A stretch of 64,000 nt of DNA from Eutreptiella sp. 'Long Island Sound 2002' (lineage: Eukaryota > Protista > Euglenida), in the NCBI GenBank assembly GCA_964036045.1, contig OZ038378.1, forward strand, positions 196,850,001 to 196,914,000, read 5' to 3'. Positions 12,833 to 24,522 of the stretch are shown here, one piece after another (the first letter of the stretch is position 1; each line of letters opens with the position of its first letter). The notes beneath the pieces are model-generated. The model did no database searches and was not told the DNA's origin. It saw nothing but the letters and a program-made list of their open reading frames with translations. A program made the translations under genes and the position numbers.

Positions 12833-12864
12833 ATAATCGCCCTCCCCTTCGAGCAAATCCCGAC

Positions 12865-13545
12865 CTGCGAGGCCTGTTCCGCAGCCCGCTGCAGGGAGCC
12901 AAAGGGCACGTGGGAGAGCAGGGCCCTGAACATGCGCGGGCTGGCCTCACGGAACCGCTCCCGCAGCGCCGCGCGCCTCAGCCGCCCCGTCGGCCCCACC
13001 ACCTGCTGCGCCGCCCGCCGGGCCTCCCAATCAATGCACACGGCCTCGTGCTCCGCCGCGTGCTGAATGCCCGTGCCCATGGATGGCCGTTGCCCAGCGG
13101 CGGCCTCCAGGGCCTGCCAGTGATCCGCAGGGGCACGGGCTGCGCCTGCGGGGGAGGGCGCGCTGGGGCTCGGTGCCGCGGCAGCGGCAGGGGCCGGGCC
13201 AACCGTCGCGGCGTCAACCGCCGGCACCTGCTGCCCCCCACCCGCGGCGCGCGCGTCCCACAATTCACTGTTGAGCGCGCGCAGTGCCGCCGCGTCCCCC
13301 TCAGACAGGCCGTCCGGCGCCAGACCGGCTGGAATCGCGTCCAAAAGCTGCGCAAACCGCTCCGGGGGGGTCCAGGCAAACCGTCAAAGGGACCGCAGGC
13401 CCCATTTCAGAAGGTGCCGGAGCACCGGCGACCCGGGGGTGATCTCGACGCCCTCCTCGGCAAGACGGGCCTCAAAGGCGGAGGAGAGAGCCGCGCTGCC
13501 CGCAGGTGGACGATCTGAGAGCGCCTCAGACGGCGGCAGGGCCAT
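12865..13545 (-). CDS. NTase-Zn-SDR gene, exon 1 (putative ATG 13545; in-frame TGA at 13386-13384)
   Basis: AG acceptor with pyrimidine run at 13573 (tactcctccgcgcag), ATG 27 nt downstream. Track ORFs 13384..13899 and 12622..13344 share a frame separated only by one TGA. Ends at CAG|GTCGGG, phase 0. Confidence 0.6.
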
Positions 13546-14436
13546 GGAAAGGCAGCGCTGGTCCAACACCGCCTGCGCGGAGGAGTACGTGATAGTGTTG
13601 GTCCGGCATTCCGCCCCTTCTTCGGTACCTTCATCCAGCCGGACGCCTGCCTTTGGAGCTGATCCCCACCCCCCCACAGCGGAAGCAGGCACACAACCAC
13701 CGCAAGGGGGACGTACCCCCCGCACCCCTTGTAACCCCCCCCCCCCCCCACCTAATGTCAGGCCAGTCCCTCGCATGGGGGGGGGGGATGATTGCAAGGG
13801 GGAGGGGGCTATGCGGCCGAATGTGCAAAATGCATTCCCCCAATCAGACACCTGCCGCGGTGCTGCGGGGCGGCGCCTCTCTCCCTGACCCTTGCCCATC
13901 CATCAGGTACATCCCTGTCCTCCGGTCCCACGGGCCCGTCCGATGGGGTGTTGTCGCACGGTGCCCACACGGTACGGCACCGTTCTGATGTTTCCGAAGA
14001 TTGCACCCGGCGTCTCAAATGGAGACTTTCGGAAGGTTGTCGTTACTTCCTGGGGACTTGCCGGGGGTCATTTGGGTGGTTGCTGCTGACTCCTGGTGGC
14101 TTCTGGGCTACAGCCAAGCGGTGGGGCCTTGTCGATGGTCCCCGGACCGTGGCGAAGAGCCCAACACAATGGTTGGTACATGGTGCGCGCGCGGTGCGTG
14201 CAACACCCTCCAATGCCAAGCTCCGCCCCACGCATCCCTGGCCCTGTGGCCCCACTGCATTTCACGCAGGGACACGCTCGGGGGTCACTATGCAGAGCAC
14301 ACGGGGGTATACCGCAGAGCGCGCGCAGGGGGTCACAGCCGCACACAAACAGCAACGCAGAGCGAACAGGGTCGGGCCAGCCCCCCCTCCTCTTCCTCCT
14401 TTCACCTTTCGCTTTTGACTCACTCGTCACAAAGGA

Positions 14437-14581
14437 ATGGCTCCGGACACTGGAACAAGCAACAAGGTTCGGTCATACCTGTCCCACCGCATTCTTTGTG
14501 CCCTAAAGGAAATCCGAGTGGCCAAAAAACTGAAAGATTTTGCACAAGTCAAAGCACTAGAGTCAATGCTCCGTGAAGCTG
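14437..14581 (+). CDS. Candidate first exon of a plus-strand gene (MAPDTGTSNKVRSY...ALESMLREA)
   Basis: Pyrimidine tract and AG at 14433-14434 just before ATG; helical-looking peptide; strong donor G|GTGAGT. Possible later exons at 16889-16983 and near 17900-18300 are speculative. Confidence 0.4.
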
Positions 14582-17500
14582 GTGAGTCTGTGTGCCTGCC
14601 TCTGCATCTATCCAGTGTCATTGTGGTTCCAAACCTCACATCCCTGCAGCAAACGGATCATTGCACTGCCCGCAGTCCGAAACTTTTTGGACAGTTGTCA
14701 CAAAGGTGGTGCTACAATGCACTGAAAACACGGCGATTCCCACATTTCTGTGCCCATCCGCCATTTTACTTTGGATGGGGAGGGGGGCGCCCATATTACG
14801 GCAATCCGCCTTCCCGTGAGAGCCCCCGTCCCGTACAAACCGTTTTCAGATGGGGCAGGTTTGGTGCCAGCGAAAATCTTTCAACCGATGCCGTCGCTCC
14901 ATGACAGTGGCTGAGGATAATGGCCCTGCCTACTGTCAGTACTGCACCATGCAACGCGTCTTACCACATGTAAGCACTCCCAAAGGGAGATGGATCAGGC
15001 ACACAGATTCTAGATGAGTTGCCAACTTCCCCACCACCGAATGGCGTGCATTATGTGCCACAATGTAAGACTTTTGGGAGGGGAGCCCCTCACCCAACCC
15101 TCACCAAAGCAAACTGGCAGATGCCCTATCTCAGTGCATATTTGTGTTGCATCATACAAGGCAATCAATTCAAAGAGGTCACAATGGTACCTGTCGAGGT
15201 ATTGTGATCCAACAGAAATGCCGATGGAATGAAGAAATTTTATTTCTTATCTCCATTAAGAAACAGAACCAGCAACATGTATCACGTCCTCTGTGGTTAC
15301 TAAACACTATCAACCATCAGCCATTCGATTGTGGGTTTGACCCCAACATGGTATCGGTTTGGGAATTCCCAAAGTCACCTACACCAAGGTTGAAGCACGT
15401 GTTGCAGACGTGTCGCGCAACGCTCATCTATTGCCAGATGATTGCCTTTTCAGAACACCAGTAAATAAGTTGTGCAAAGGGCATCAAACATTCTATTATA
15501 TGGTGTGGCATTTGACTTTAGCGAACAAATCAGCTCGTGAGATCCACCTCTGCTGCTGGAATCCGTCCCACATTTACTGGCCTTGCACTGACACCCAAAC
15601 AGTTGTGTGGTGACTATGGTATGTGTACCCTTTGAGTATATGAATCGTGTCTTATCGTGGGCACTTATCTGTCTATTACACTCGTTGATATTCGTGCATC
15701 TTTTGTTGTACCAACAATGCCAATGAACCGTTTTCGAAAACTCATCTGTCACTCTTCCGCTGGGCACAACTGCGCACTGCCTGTACCGCCATACTGTAGA
15801 CTTGAGAGCCTTGATCTCCTGAGAGCAAAAACAACAGAGTGCACCCAAACACAATTTATCCCAAAGAAACGACCTGACACGGTGCCAATGAGTGTCTACA
15901 TGCCAGAAAATGGCATGGACACAGAGGCTCGCCCAACACTCAGTGCAAAAATACCGCCAAATTTTCTCCGGCAAGAGAACCAACTTGGGCAAGCTTTCTC
16001 TGCAACAAACAAGATGAGACTTGGAAGCATCAAGGGACACCACTGTGATGGGTTCCAAGTGTTCTGGTCTCACAAGGTATTCAATACTCAATGCAGCAGT
16101 GTCAGTTGAACGCAAGTCCTACACCGTGCCAACAAGCAGGATCTCCGTAAATTTGGGTAGTACAATAACTTTGCATGGTTGGGGCGTCCAAACCCGGTTG
16201 AATTTGTCATCAGCGCCCGCAACCACACCCCACTGTCTCCCACTGTAATCTCCTCAATACTGCACTGTGCGTGCATTGTGCATGCACCATGCGTGCACTA
16301 GGTGCACACTGTACAAGGACTCGGACTAAACCCGGGGCCAGTAGTCTCCTTGAAGAGCCCCTCAGAATGCTGTCCCTTGTAGGCTGTTCAAGAGGATTTC
16401 GCAGCACACCGTGGCTTTCCTGGAGCACGTTGGTTTACAGTCCTTGTTTGGTGGGGGGCTTTGACTACATCATCATTGTCCGTACTTCGGTCTTGGCACG
16501 ACCCCACTGTATGCGCCACGCATGCACCATGCCAGAGACTCCCCCCAAAGGCCAGTGTATAAGATTAGGGGGCCTCATTCGGCGCTGCAAGTGCCGTGCC
16601 CCACTGCCTCCCACTGAATTCTCCTGCAGACGGATGTTATGCTCAGGCCCAGCCAGCTACAGAGCCATCGTTGCAAAGTGTGCATTGTAGTTCTCTCCTA
16701 AACGATCCAATCCTGCCAAATCTGATCTGCACAGACACAGGGCAATTCCTGGGCCAGCATGCACCCCTAGGAGGGCGGGCTTGGCTCTGGCTATGTCAAA
16801 CACTGGCACCCAAAGATCACTCACTCACATCAAATACGCAATCTTTTGGGGCGATTATCAATAGTGTATAACCTACGACGCCAGTCAGGCAGTTCGGACG
16901 AGGTGGAGGACGTAGACACTGTCGAGTGTCCACTGACAACCGACGTTTCAGCCAGCCTCAGCCTTTGCCAAAGCATCGGGAAGGTCAGGGATACAGAGGC
17001 TTATCATCAGGGAAACAGTAACAACAAAACAGGCTGTGCGGTTGCGGGGCTGGAATGCCCTGGGTATTCTGGTGGCGTGCATAATTTGCAACTCTCTGTG
17101 TATCCGCATAACCTGCAAGCTCACAGTAAGACGTGCAGACACTCATTGCACCATGGTATCTGCAACACTGTTGGCCCCGCATGACAGTGCAGCCTTGAGA
17201 GCAAGGGTGGGTGGGTCAGAGGGCTGACTCAATTGGTAAAATTCAATTTGTCCCTGACAAAATGTTCTGATTTGCGCGGGCAGGTTGACCCAGATCAGCG
17301 GGAGGGAGGCAATAGAGGGAGGCCCCGGTACGCGGTAGGGTGCTATGGGGCACTGGAGGGGCGGGACCAGGGAGCTGTGGAGAGGGGGTGGAGGGGGGGG
17401 GGGGATCGGTGGTGGGGGCCTGGGTGGGGCTCATGTCTGGCTGGGCTCATCCTGGGGACGGTGGAGTAGAGTGATCTTGAATGCTGGCCCCCCATTGAAT

Positions 17501-18309
17501 TCTATCCTCCCGATCCGGAGCCTCCTGGCCCTTTGTTACAGTTTTCACATCATTTGTGACGGAAAGCACCCTCCAAACTTCACGGTCTGGGAGTGACTGA
17601 ATATAAATCTTATCAGCGCTGGCAGGGGAGTGGACGCCACTGGGCATTTGGTGTTGGTTTACGGCACTCACATTGTGCAGTTTGCAGACTATGCGGTCAG
17701 TGCATTGCACAATGCCACCTGCACATGTGCGAGCCCACCAAAAAGCTGTGGTGAGGGAACTTGCAGCTTGGATACGCCCAGACAGGACAGTTGCATCGGT
17801 ATGCCGCAGGATGCCCTCCGTGCTGACAATCATCAAGAGCCGCATGTCGCACGAGTTTCTATGGCCATTTGAAAAGTGCTGTCTCGCTTTGTGTATTTGT
17901 TTGGAGATTCACAGTCTGCCCCTAGCGCCCCCCTTGACCCCGGTGATGAGAGTGAGGTATGTACATACGAAAAGGGTAATTCCCATGAAGACTACTGGAC
18001 TGAAGTCTTCCTGAAGAGGCTTCGGTAGTGGCAGCCTTTGGGCATTGTAGAGAAGGTCACTTCGATTGAAACCCGGTTGCAAGGTTGCACTTTGTGTTTC
18101 ACTTGAACGGCCGAAAAGGGGCAGGGGCGCGAAGGAGAAAATGGCTCTGCCCTCGTTTCACATGGTTAAGGTGAGTGGCTTAGTCGTTGTTCTATTCATT
18201 GATTGCGAGCAGCATAGAATAAGTGCATATATTGATAAGGGTCTTGTCTGCTTGTGTGCACAGTGGTTGGTGATGCAGAGGAGCTAGACGACCCCATGCC
18301 CTGAAACAG

Positions 18310-19560
18310 TCTTTGCCAGCCTTGGTGCCAATCATCTCTCAAGGGATCTGGCCGTCCGAATTCCAGATGCCCCCCGCAGTCTAGTCACGAACCTTGGGGG
18401 CCTCAGTCCCAATGACCTACCCAAGGGCTCTGCCAGCCTGAGAGCCAATAACCTCCTCCAAGGCCTTGCCGGCCTGTCGCCCCATCACGTCCTCAGCCGC
18501 CATGACCCTCTCAAGGGCCCTGCGCGGCTTAAGACCCAAGATCTCACAAGGGCTTGCTAGCCGCAGCCCCCATAACCTCCCCTAGGGCTTTGCCAAGCTC
18601 AGTGCCAATTACCTCATCAACAGCTTTGCAGAGACGCTCGTAACAAGGGAAACTAGTTTTAGGCTGTCAAAGCCCTGACGAGGCCCATGGGGTCTAAAGC
18701 CCTGCAATGCCCCCAAAAGGGCCATGCTAGCACGGCCCATAAGGAGATGTGCAAAGGATGGCAAGCCCCCTGAGTAGGACGTGGGGACGTAGTTGCCTGA
18801 GGAGGTCTTGAAGAGGGCAGACCCCACGGGACGCTGACCCCGAAGGTGCGATGGGCGGTGAGCTGTACAAAACCAAAACGAGAAGATCGCACAAAGGCCC
18901 TCTGCAAAGTGTTCGCGATGTGATGAGCACTGCACTTGTGGTCTGCCGGCTGCTGCCGGACGAGAGCCCACCCCGTCGACGGATGCCCTCGCCCCCATCC
19001 GGACACCAGCATCAACTCTGGCCAAAACGTGTGCATGACTTGTGGAAGGACAAACATCCCCCGGCGCCGGCGGTGATCACTCCAAGTTGACCCGTGCACG
19101 CGGACAAGTGCCCGCCCCGGTAGGGGGCCCGAAGAGGGCGACCCGGGGCGTCGGATTCTGGATTGCGTTGCCGGCTCCGGAGACATTTGTCAGTGCCTCC
19201 GTGGGAGGCGGGTCTAGCAATGGGCGTGAGGGTGGCAACACAGCTCTTGAGGAGGGAAGGAGGAATGAGGCAAGCAAGCCCCCTGAGGATGTCCTGGGGA
19301 CCGACGCTGGCAAGGACCCTACGCAGGCAACGAAGCCTACAAGCCCCTGAGCAGGTGCTGTGGACTGGGGTTGGCAAAGTGCCCAAGGGTGTCGTGGGGA
19401 TTCACACTGTTAACGCCCTTGAGGGGGTCGTGGCGATTGAGGGTGGCACATCCGTGGGCCTGGCATGGGGCCCTTAACGGCCTGAATCCCCATGAACCGC
19501 ACCGCCGCCTCGGTCCCCATGCCCTCCTCAGGGGCCGTGCCGGCCTCATTCCCACGTCTC
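18310..19560. repeat. Degenerate minisatellite, unit about 32 bp (CCTCAGCCCCAATGACCTCCCAAGGG-like), present in both orientations
   Basis: Forward units about 18310-18640; reverse units about 18660-18820 and 19235-19480. Confidence 0.6.
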
Positions 19561-20520
19561 AACACCGGCATCAAGACTCTGAGCACAATCAGCAACAGAA
19601 GGGCCGGTGCTGGTCCAGGACAGGCAGGAGGCACAGGGGCTGAGGACGAAACAATCGTTCGGGATCAGGGCTCTGACACATGGTGTGCCTGCCCACGGGT
19701 ATCCGCAGGTCGACCTCGCAAATACCCCGGGTACCCACTTCAGCACGTCCTGCTCTGACAGTGTTGACCCCTTCCCTCGTGGGGGAGGGGGGGGGGGGGT
19801 CCAGCATCATTGGCGCCAAAATCAGAGGCGATGCTGGTGTCCGGCAAACCAGACGTCGAAGGGCCACGTCCCTGCCACATGTCGCCGGATGCCAGGCCGA
19901 CCCCACGGGACGCTGACCCCGAAGGTGCGATGGCCGGTGAGCTGTACAAAACCAAAACGGGAAGATCGCACAAAGGCCATCTGAAAAGTGTCCGCGATGT
20001 GATGAGCACTGCACTTGTGGTCTGCCGGCTGCTGCCGGACGAGAGCCCACCCCGTTGACGGATGCCCTCGCCCCCATCCGGACACCAGCATCAACTCTGG
20101 GCCAGCTGTGGGGTTTTTGCCGAGCCTGGACGTCGGACCAGCCACAGCAGTCATTCCAGCCTCAATGACAAGCTGTGTGGTTTGCATAATGAAATGTTCC
20201 GACGAAGGGCCAGAAACAGGGCACAAAGGTTGTCCTTCGCGGTGCGGAAGTTGGTGGTCTAGGGCGCAACACATGTATCGGAGGTTGGTTGCAAAGAACA
20301 GGCTGGCCAAAACGTGTGCATGACTTGTGGAAGGACAAACATCCCCCGGCGCCGGCGGTGATCACTCCAAGTTGACCCGTGCACGCGGACAAGTGCCCGC
20401 CCCGGTTAGGGGGCCCGAAGAGGGCGACCCGGGGCGTCGGATTCTGGATTGCGTTGCCGGCTCAGGCGACATTTGTCAGTGCCTCCGTGGGAGGCGGGTC
20501 TAGCAATGGGCGTGAGGGGG
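18827..20520 (+). repeat. Direct duplication of about 410 bp (18827-19235 and 19900-20520; second copy has about 200 bp extra)
   Basis: Near-identical text from ccccacgggacgctgacccc to tagcaatgggcgtgaggg; extra sequence at about 20101-20303. Confidence 0.9.
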
Positions 20521-21071
20521 TGTGGACGTGCTTTGGTCGTCCTGCGATTAGCTTGGGCACTTGCATTTACGTGCCCTTTGCGGTGACGCCGGTGGCCTGG
20601 TGTACCGGCACGCGCGGAGTGAGCACCGGGGCAGATCGGGGGATGAGCCCTTTGTCTGAGAACCCGCCAGCCACACGCCAGCGCACCGGGCGTACTGTTC
20701 AACGGCCAGGCCCGACCTCGGGATCCGACCCACGACCCGCAGTCGGCCTTCGGGGCGTGTTTGGCGCCTCGACTTCGGCCCCGGTGACTCCCGCGCGTCG
20801 TGCGGTGCCGACGCCGGGGTCTTGGCTGAAGGGACGGGCTGCCGTGACCCAAGAAGCCGGAGCCCCTCGGATTGTACGTGGGCAGCCCCCGATGGACGCG
20901 GCGTTCTGAGGGTCTGGGTGCGGGCCATCGATGATGGGCGACGGCAGGAAGGGTAAGAGCGATTCGAGAAGGAAAGAGGGGCAGAGGGACCGGGGGAGGG
21001 GGGGGGGGTTCAGCTCCAGGGGGCCGGAGGGTGATACAGCCCTCTGGCTGGACCTCCCCCCCCCCCAAAAA

Positions 21072-21328
21072 AAAAGGCTCAATTGACGGGCCCCGCAAAA
21101 TCCTCCGGAGACTGACCCATGGGCCCCGGAGGTGACCCGGACCCGAAATTCGGCAAAAAAAAATGAAAATGGGATTTTTGGAATCAGAGCGTCGAGGGGG
21201 TTCAGAAAAATCATCATTTGTCATGTATTTGGGGAAAGAAGTTTGTGACCGTTTTCAATGCTAAAAAAAAAATCAGCCCAAGAGGTCATAACAACTGATT
21301 GATGGTCCTGTCAATTGAGCCCTTTTCC
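21072..21328. mobile_element. MITE family with TIR AAAAGG(G)CTCAATTGAC...GTCAATTGAGCCCTTTT, copy 1
   Basis: Terminal inverted repeat visible; homologous internal sequence at 24323-24522. Confidence 0.75.
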
Positions 21329-21565
21329 CGGGGGCTCTATCGAGCCCCCCCCCCCCCCCCCGGAGTTGAAAACACTTCTCGAGCGGGGGGGGGGGGGGGC
21401 GCTGGGGCGGTCAGGGCCATGGTCAGACTTAACAGAGGGTCAAATGATGTGCTTCGGCACGATGACGAGGACGAGGGATCTTTGGACGCGCGCAAAGGGG
21501 GGGGGGGGTGGCCGGTCTCGCAGAGGGACTTGGGAGGCCACGCGGCAGTGCCTTCGGTCAACCCG

Positions 21566-21708
21566 CATCGGAATTGATGGCCATGATGACGGAGATGTGC
21601 GTGCCATCCGCCGGGCATATGAAGCGCCAGCTTTTGCTGTGCGCCGGATGCAGCTCCCAGCGGCTGCATCCGAAGGCGGGTCGGCAGCAGAAATTGGTGA
21701 CCTGCGGG
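21566..21708 (-). CDS. Candidate exon VTNFCCRPAFGCSRWELHPAHSKSWRFICPADGTHISVIMAINSDAG
   Basis: Good acceptor ccttcccgcag|GTC and GC-rich protein-like frame between repeats; parent gene and 3' boundary unknown (coordinates approximate). Confidence 0.3.
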
Positions 21709-23134
21709 AAGGGCAGCGTGAGGCCCCAGGCGAGCGCTCGGCGAGGCGCCATGTGGGGGCGGAGGGGCCCAGCAGGGCTCCTTTTAAATGGGGGGGGGGT
21801 CCAGGGGTGGGTGGTGTGCCCCCCCCCCCCCCCCCCGCGTTGGCGCTGAGTAAGAAAATTGTTGGTCTCAACAAATTGGCGCCGAAGGCACCAGAGAAAT
21901 TTTTTGATTGGCCGAAGGCCCGGAAGAAAATTTGGCCCAATCTTTTGAGGGGCCGGGGGGGTCCAGGGGGGGTTTGGGGGTGGGGGGGTTGCCGTTGTGA
22001 AAAGAGGCCCTGGGGCCCTGGCAGTCCTGCGCCTGAAAAGGGGGGGGCGGAGCTCGTTTCGAGCCGAGCGCTTCGGTCCGCCCCCGACGGTCCGCCGCCT
22101 CTTTGAGACCCCCAACCCCCGCGTTTGCCACGGGAATTTCACTGCAGTCACCCAAGGGAATGCCTGTTTTGCGGTGCCTGCGGCTCTTGCGGCGCACAAC
22201 TTGCGTAAGTTTGTAAAATCCATCAAAAGTGTCAGTCCACGAAGATGACAGGCATCCGTACATCAACGACGACCCTGTCATGTTCCATCGGTGTGCCCCC
22301 CTCATTCTATGACCCCAAGTGCTATGAACAGTTTGGGACCATTTGGCTCCGTGACGGACCTCTGTAGACGGGGGCCACCACCAATCCTCATGCGCCCTCC
22401 GGCGTCTCAGAGTCCTCCGGAGGTGTGCAAGCGAAGCGCGGAACCAGAGGGCACGCAACCGCCGGCGCAAAAGAGTGCCGACCCACGGCCAGCGGTCCCG
22501 GAACGCAGTGTGCACCAGTGGCCCAGCACGTTTCCTGAGGCTTGGTTCGGGTCCATTTGACATTCACTTCACTTCAGAGGCGGAGGAGGGGTTCCGTTGC
22601 CGGGGAGCATGCGTCGCTGGGGCATATGTACACGCCTGTGTCGATCTTTCTGGTGCAATGGGACCACGGGCAACTGCAATTTGAACGACTCATATGTTCG
22701 GGGCACCGCATCTGATTGGAATTGGCATTGTGGATGGAATACACTGACCTCTGAAGGGCATAGTAGCGGTCTTGTTGGTAGGCTCGATTGAAAAAGGTGC
22801 TGTTGTCTACAAGGCCGGGCACCCGAAGGTGGGACAAGCCAAAGCCAAAGGGCAGGGGGTCATTTGGTTGGAGGAGGGGAGAGGGGGCATTGGGACACAA
22901 GAAGGTTGAACCGTGCGTCACGCAGTCTGCAGCCGCACACGGTGACAGCGCGCGGACTCGCGCACACATACCTCCCTCAAAAGGGCCCTGTCAATGGACA
23001 TCTTCACTTCCAGATCCAAAAGGCCCAGGGTCCAGCCACTGTGGGTCATGCTCAGAGACAGCACCTGCAGTGACGCATCGGAGCAGGACCGTGGCGCTGG
23101 AGTCAACACATTTCGTCTACTGGATGATTCACGG

Positions 23135-23595
23135 TTGAGGTCCAAGACCCCCCACTCCCCCTGAAAATAAGACCCGACCCCCAAAATAAGATCCCCCCAA
23201 AAGTAAGACCCCCCTGAGGGATCAGGACCAACGGACCTCAAAGTAAGACCCCCCTGACAGCACATGCAGGGCAGCAACACATTTGGGTCTAGCACCACTC
23301 ACACAAATCCACAATCATCTGTAACGTATTTGCTGAGATTGGAACCATGAGGTGATAGGTTTTGGCTTTGCTATGAAAGAGGGCAACTGGAAATATGCCT
23401 CTTCACAAACTCCAACTGCAGGTCATCTAAAAGCAGGGACTCAGACATTGTCTGTCTCAGGAAAAGTGACGTGACAGCAAAGTGAAGTGACCCGAAAGTA
23501 AGCCCCCCCGCCCCCCCGAAAGTAAGACCCCCCTTCGGACCCAATACCAGCTGGACCGAAAGTAAGACCCCCAGTCTTACTTTCAGGGGAGGGTT
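23135..23595. repeat. Clustered AAAGTAAGACCCCC motif repeats, likely subterminal repeats of a DNA element
   Basis: Several copies in two clusters (about 23160-23260 and 23510-23575) plus one inverted copy (GTCTTACTTT, about 23575). Confidence 0.6.
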
Positions 23596-24322
23596 TACTG
23601 TCTCCGCCTTGAAGGGGGCAACAGGAACCGTTGTACAACAGGGGCCGTTGTACCATTCACTTTTAATAAGGAATTGGCTGGTTTCAAAGCCTGACGCTCA
23701 GCCGTGTTGAGTGCTACCCTCTCGGTCGCAATGCCCACAACAGTGTTGGGATAGTTGTGGGTCCTGGGTCTTGGTGGGCGGTGGGCAGTGGTCGGGCTTC
23801 GGGCTGGAGGCTGGGCTGCGATTGGGCCTCGAGGCTCAGTTTGGCGGTGGACAGGCACATTTTGAGGAAACTCAAAAAAACTCCCTCCCCTTGTAACCCT
23901 AGGATCGGCACACACAAAACACAGCACTATTTCTAGATTCGACCATGCTCATCGTGTGGTGCAGGGGACAACTCTCAGAATCAAGATTCAGAGCTGGAAT
24001 CCAAGTTTGAGCTGGAGCTTGAGCTTGAGCTCGAGCCTGAAGAAGAGCTGTTTCCCCTGATGATGAACCTGGGCTGTAGATGGAGTCTAGTTCGGAGTCT
24101 GATTCACTATTGATGTGGCCAAAAGGCAAGCCCATTTGCACTCACACATCTGCACACTGTGCCTCAGATTTAGGGCTTGCATATGTACCGATGGACACCA
24201 TCCCCGGTGCAGCGACAGAAAAAGCGCCAGAAAAAGCGCCCGGGAATTGAACCAACAACATCTTGTTTACTGGCCTCTGGGGCAGGCGGGCTTTCACCTG
24301 GCTAGACCCCCCCCCTCCCCCA

Positions 24323-24522
24323 AAAAGGGTTCAATTGACGGAACCCCCAAAATCCTACCAAGACTGACCCCCGGCCTCAGAGGTGACCTAGACCCAAAAA
24401 TTGGCCAAAAATGAAAATGGGAAAGTCATCATTTGCCATGTATTTGGTGAAAAAAAATTGACCATAATAATAATAAGTCCATAATAGTTGATTAATGGTG
24501 CCTGTCAATTGAGCCCTTTTCC
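24323..24522. mobile_element. Same TIR MITE family, copy 2
   Basis: TIR and internal homology with 21072-21328. Confidence 0.75.

Noticed and set aside
13340-13400. Small intron removing the TGA
   Set aside because: Available GT..AG pairs give 34 or 46 nt, breaking the frame, and I saw no clear paired-end signature of a euglenid non-conventional intron.
23899-24141. Ser-rich or AQAQ ORF as an exon
   Set aside because: Low-complexity sequence with no clear splice pair or partner exon.
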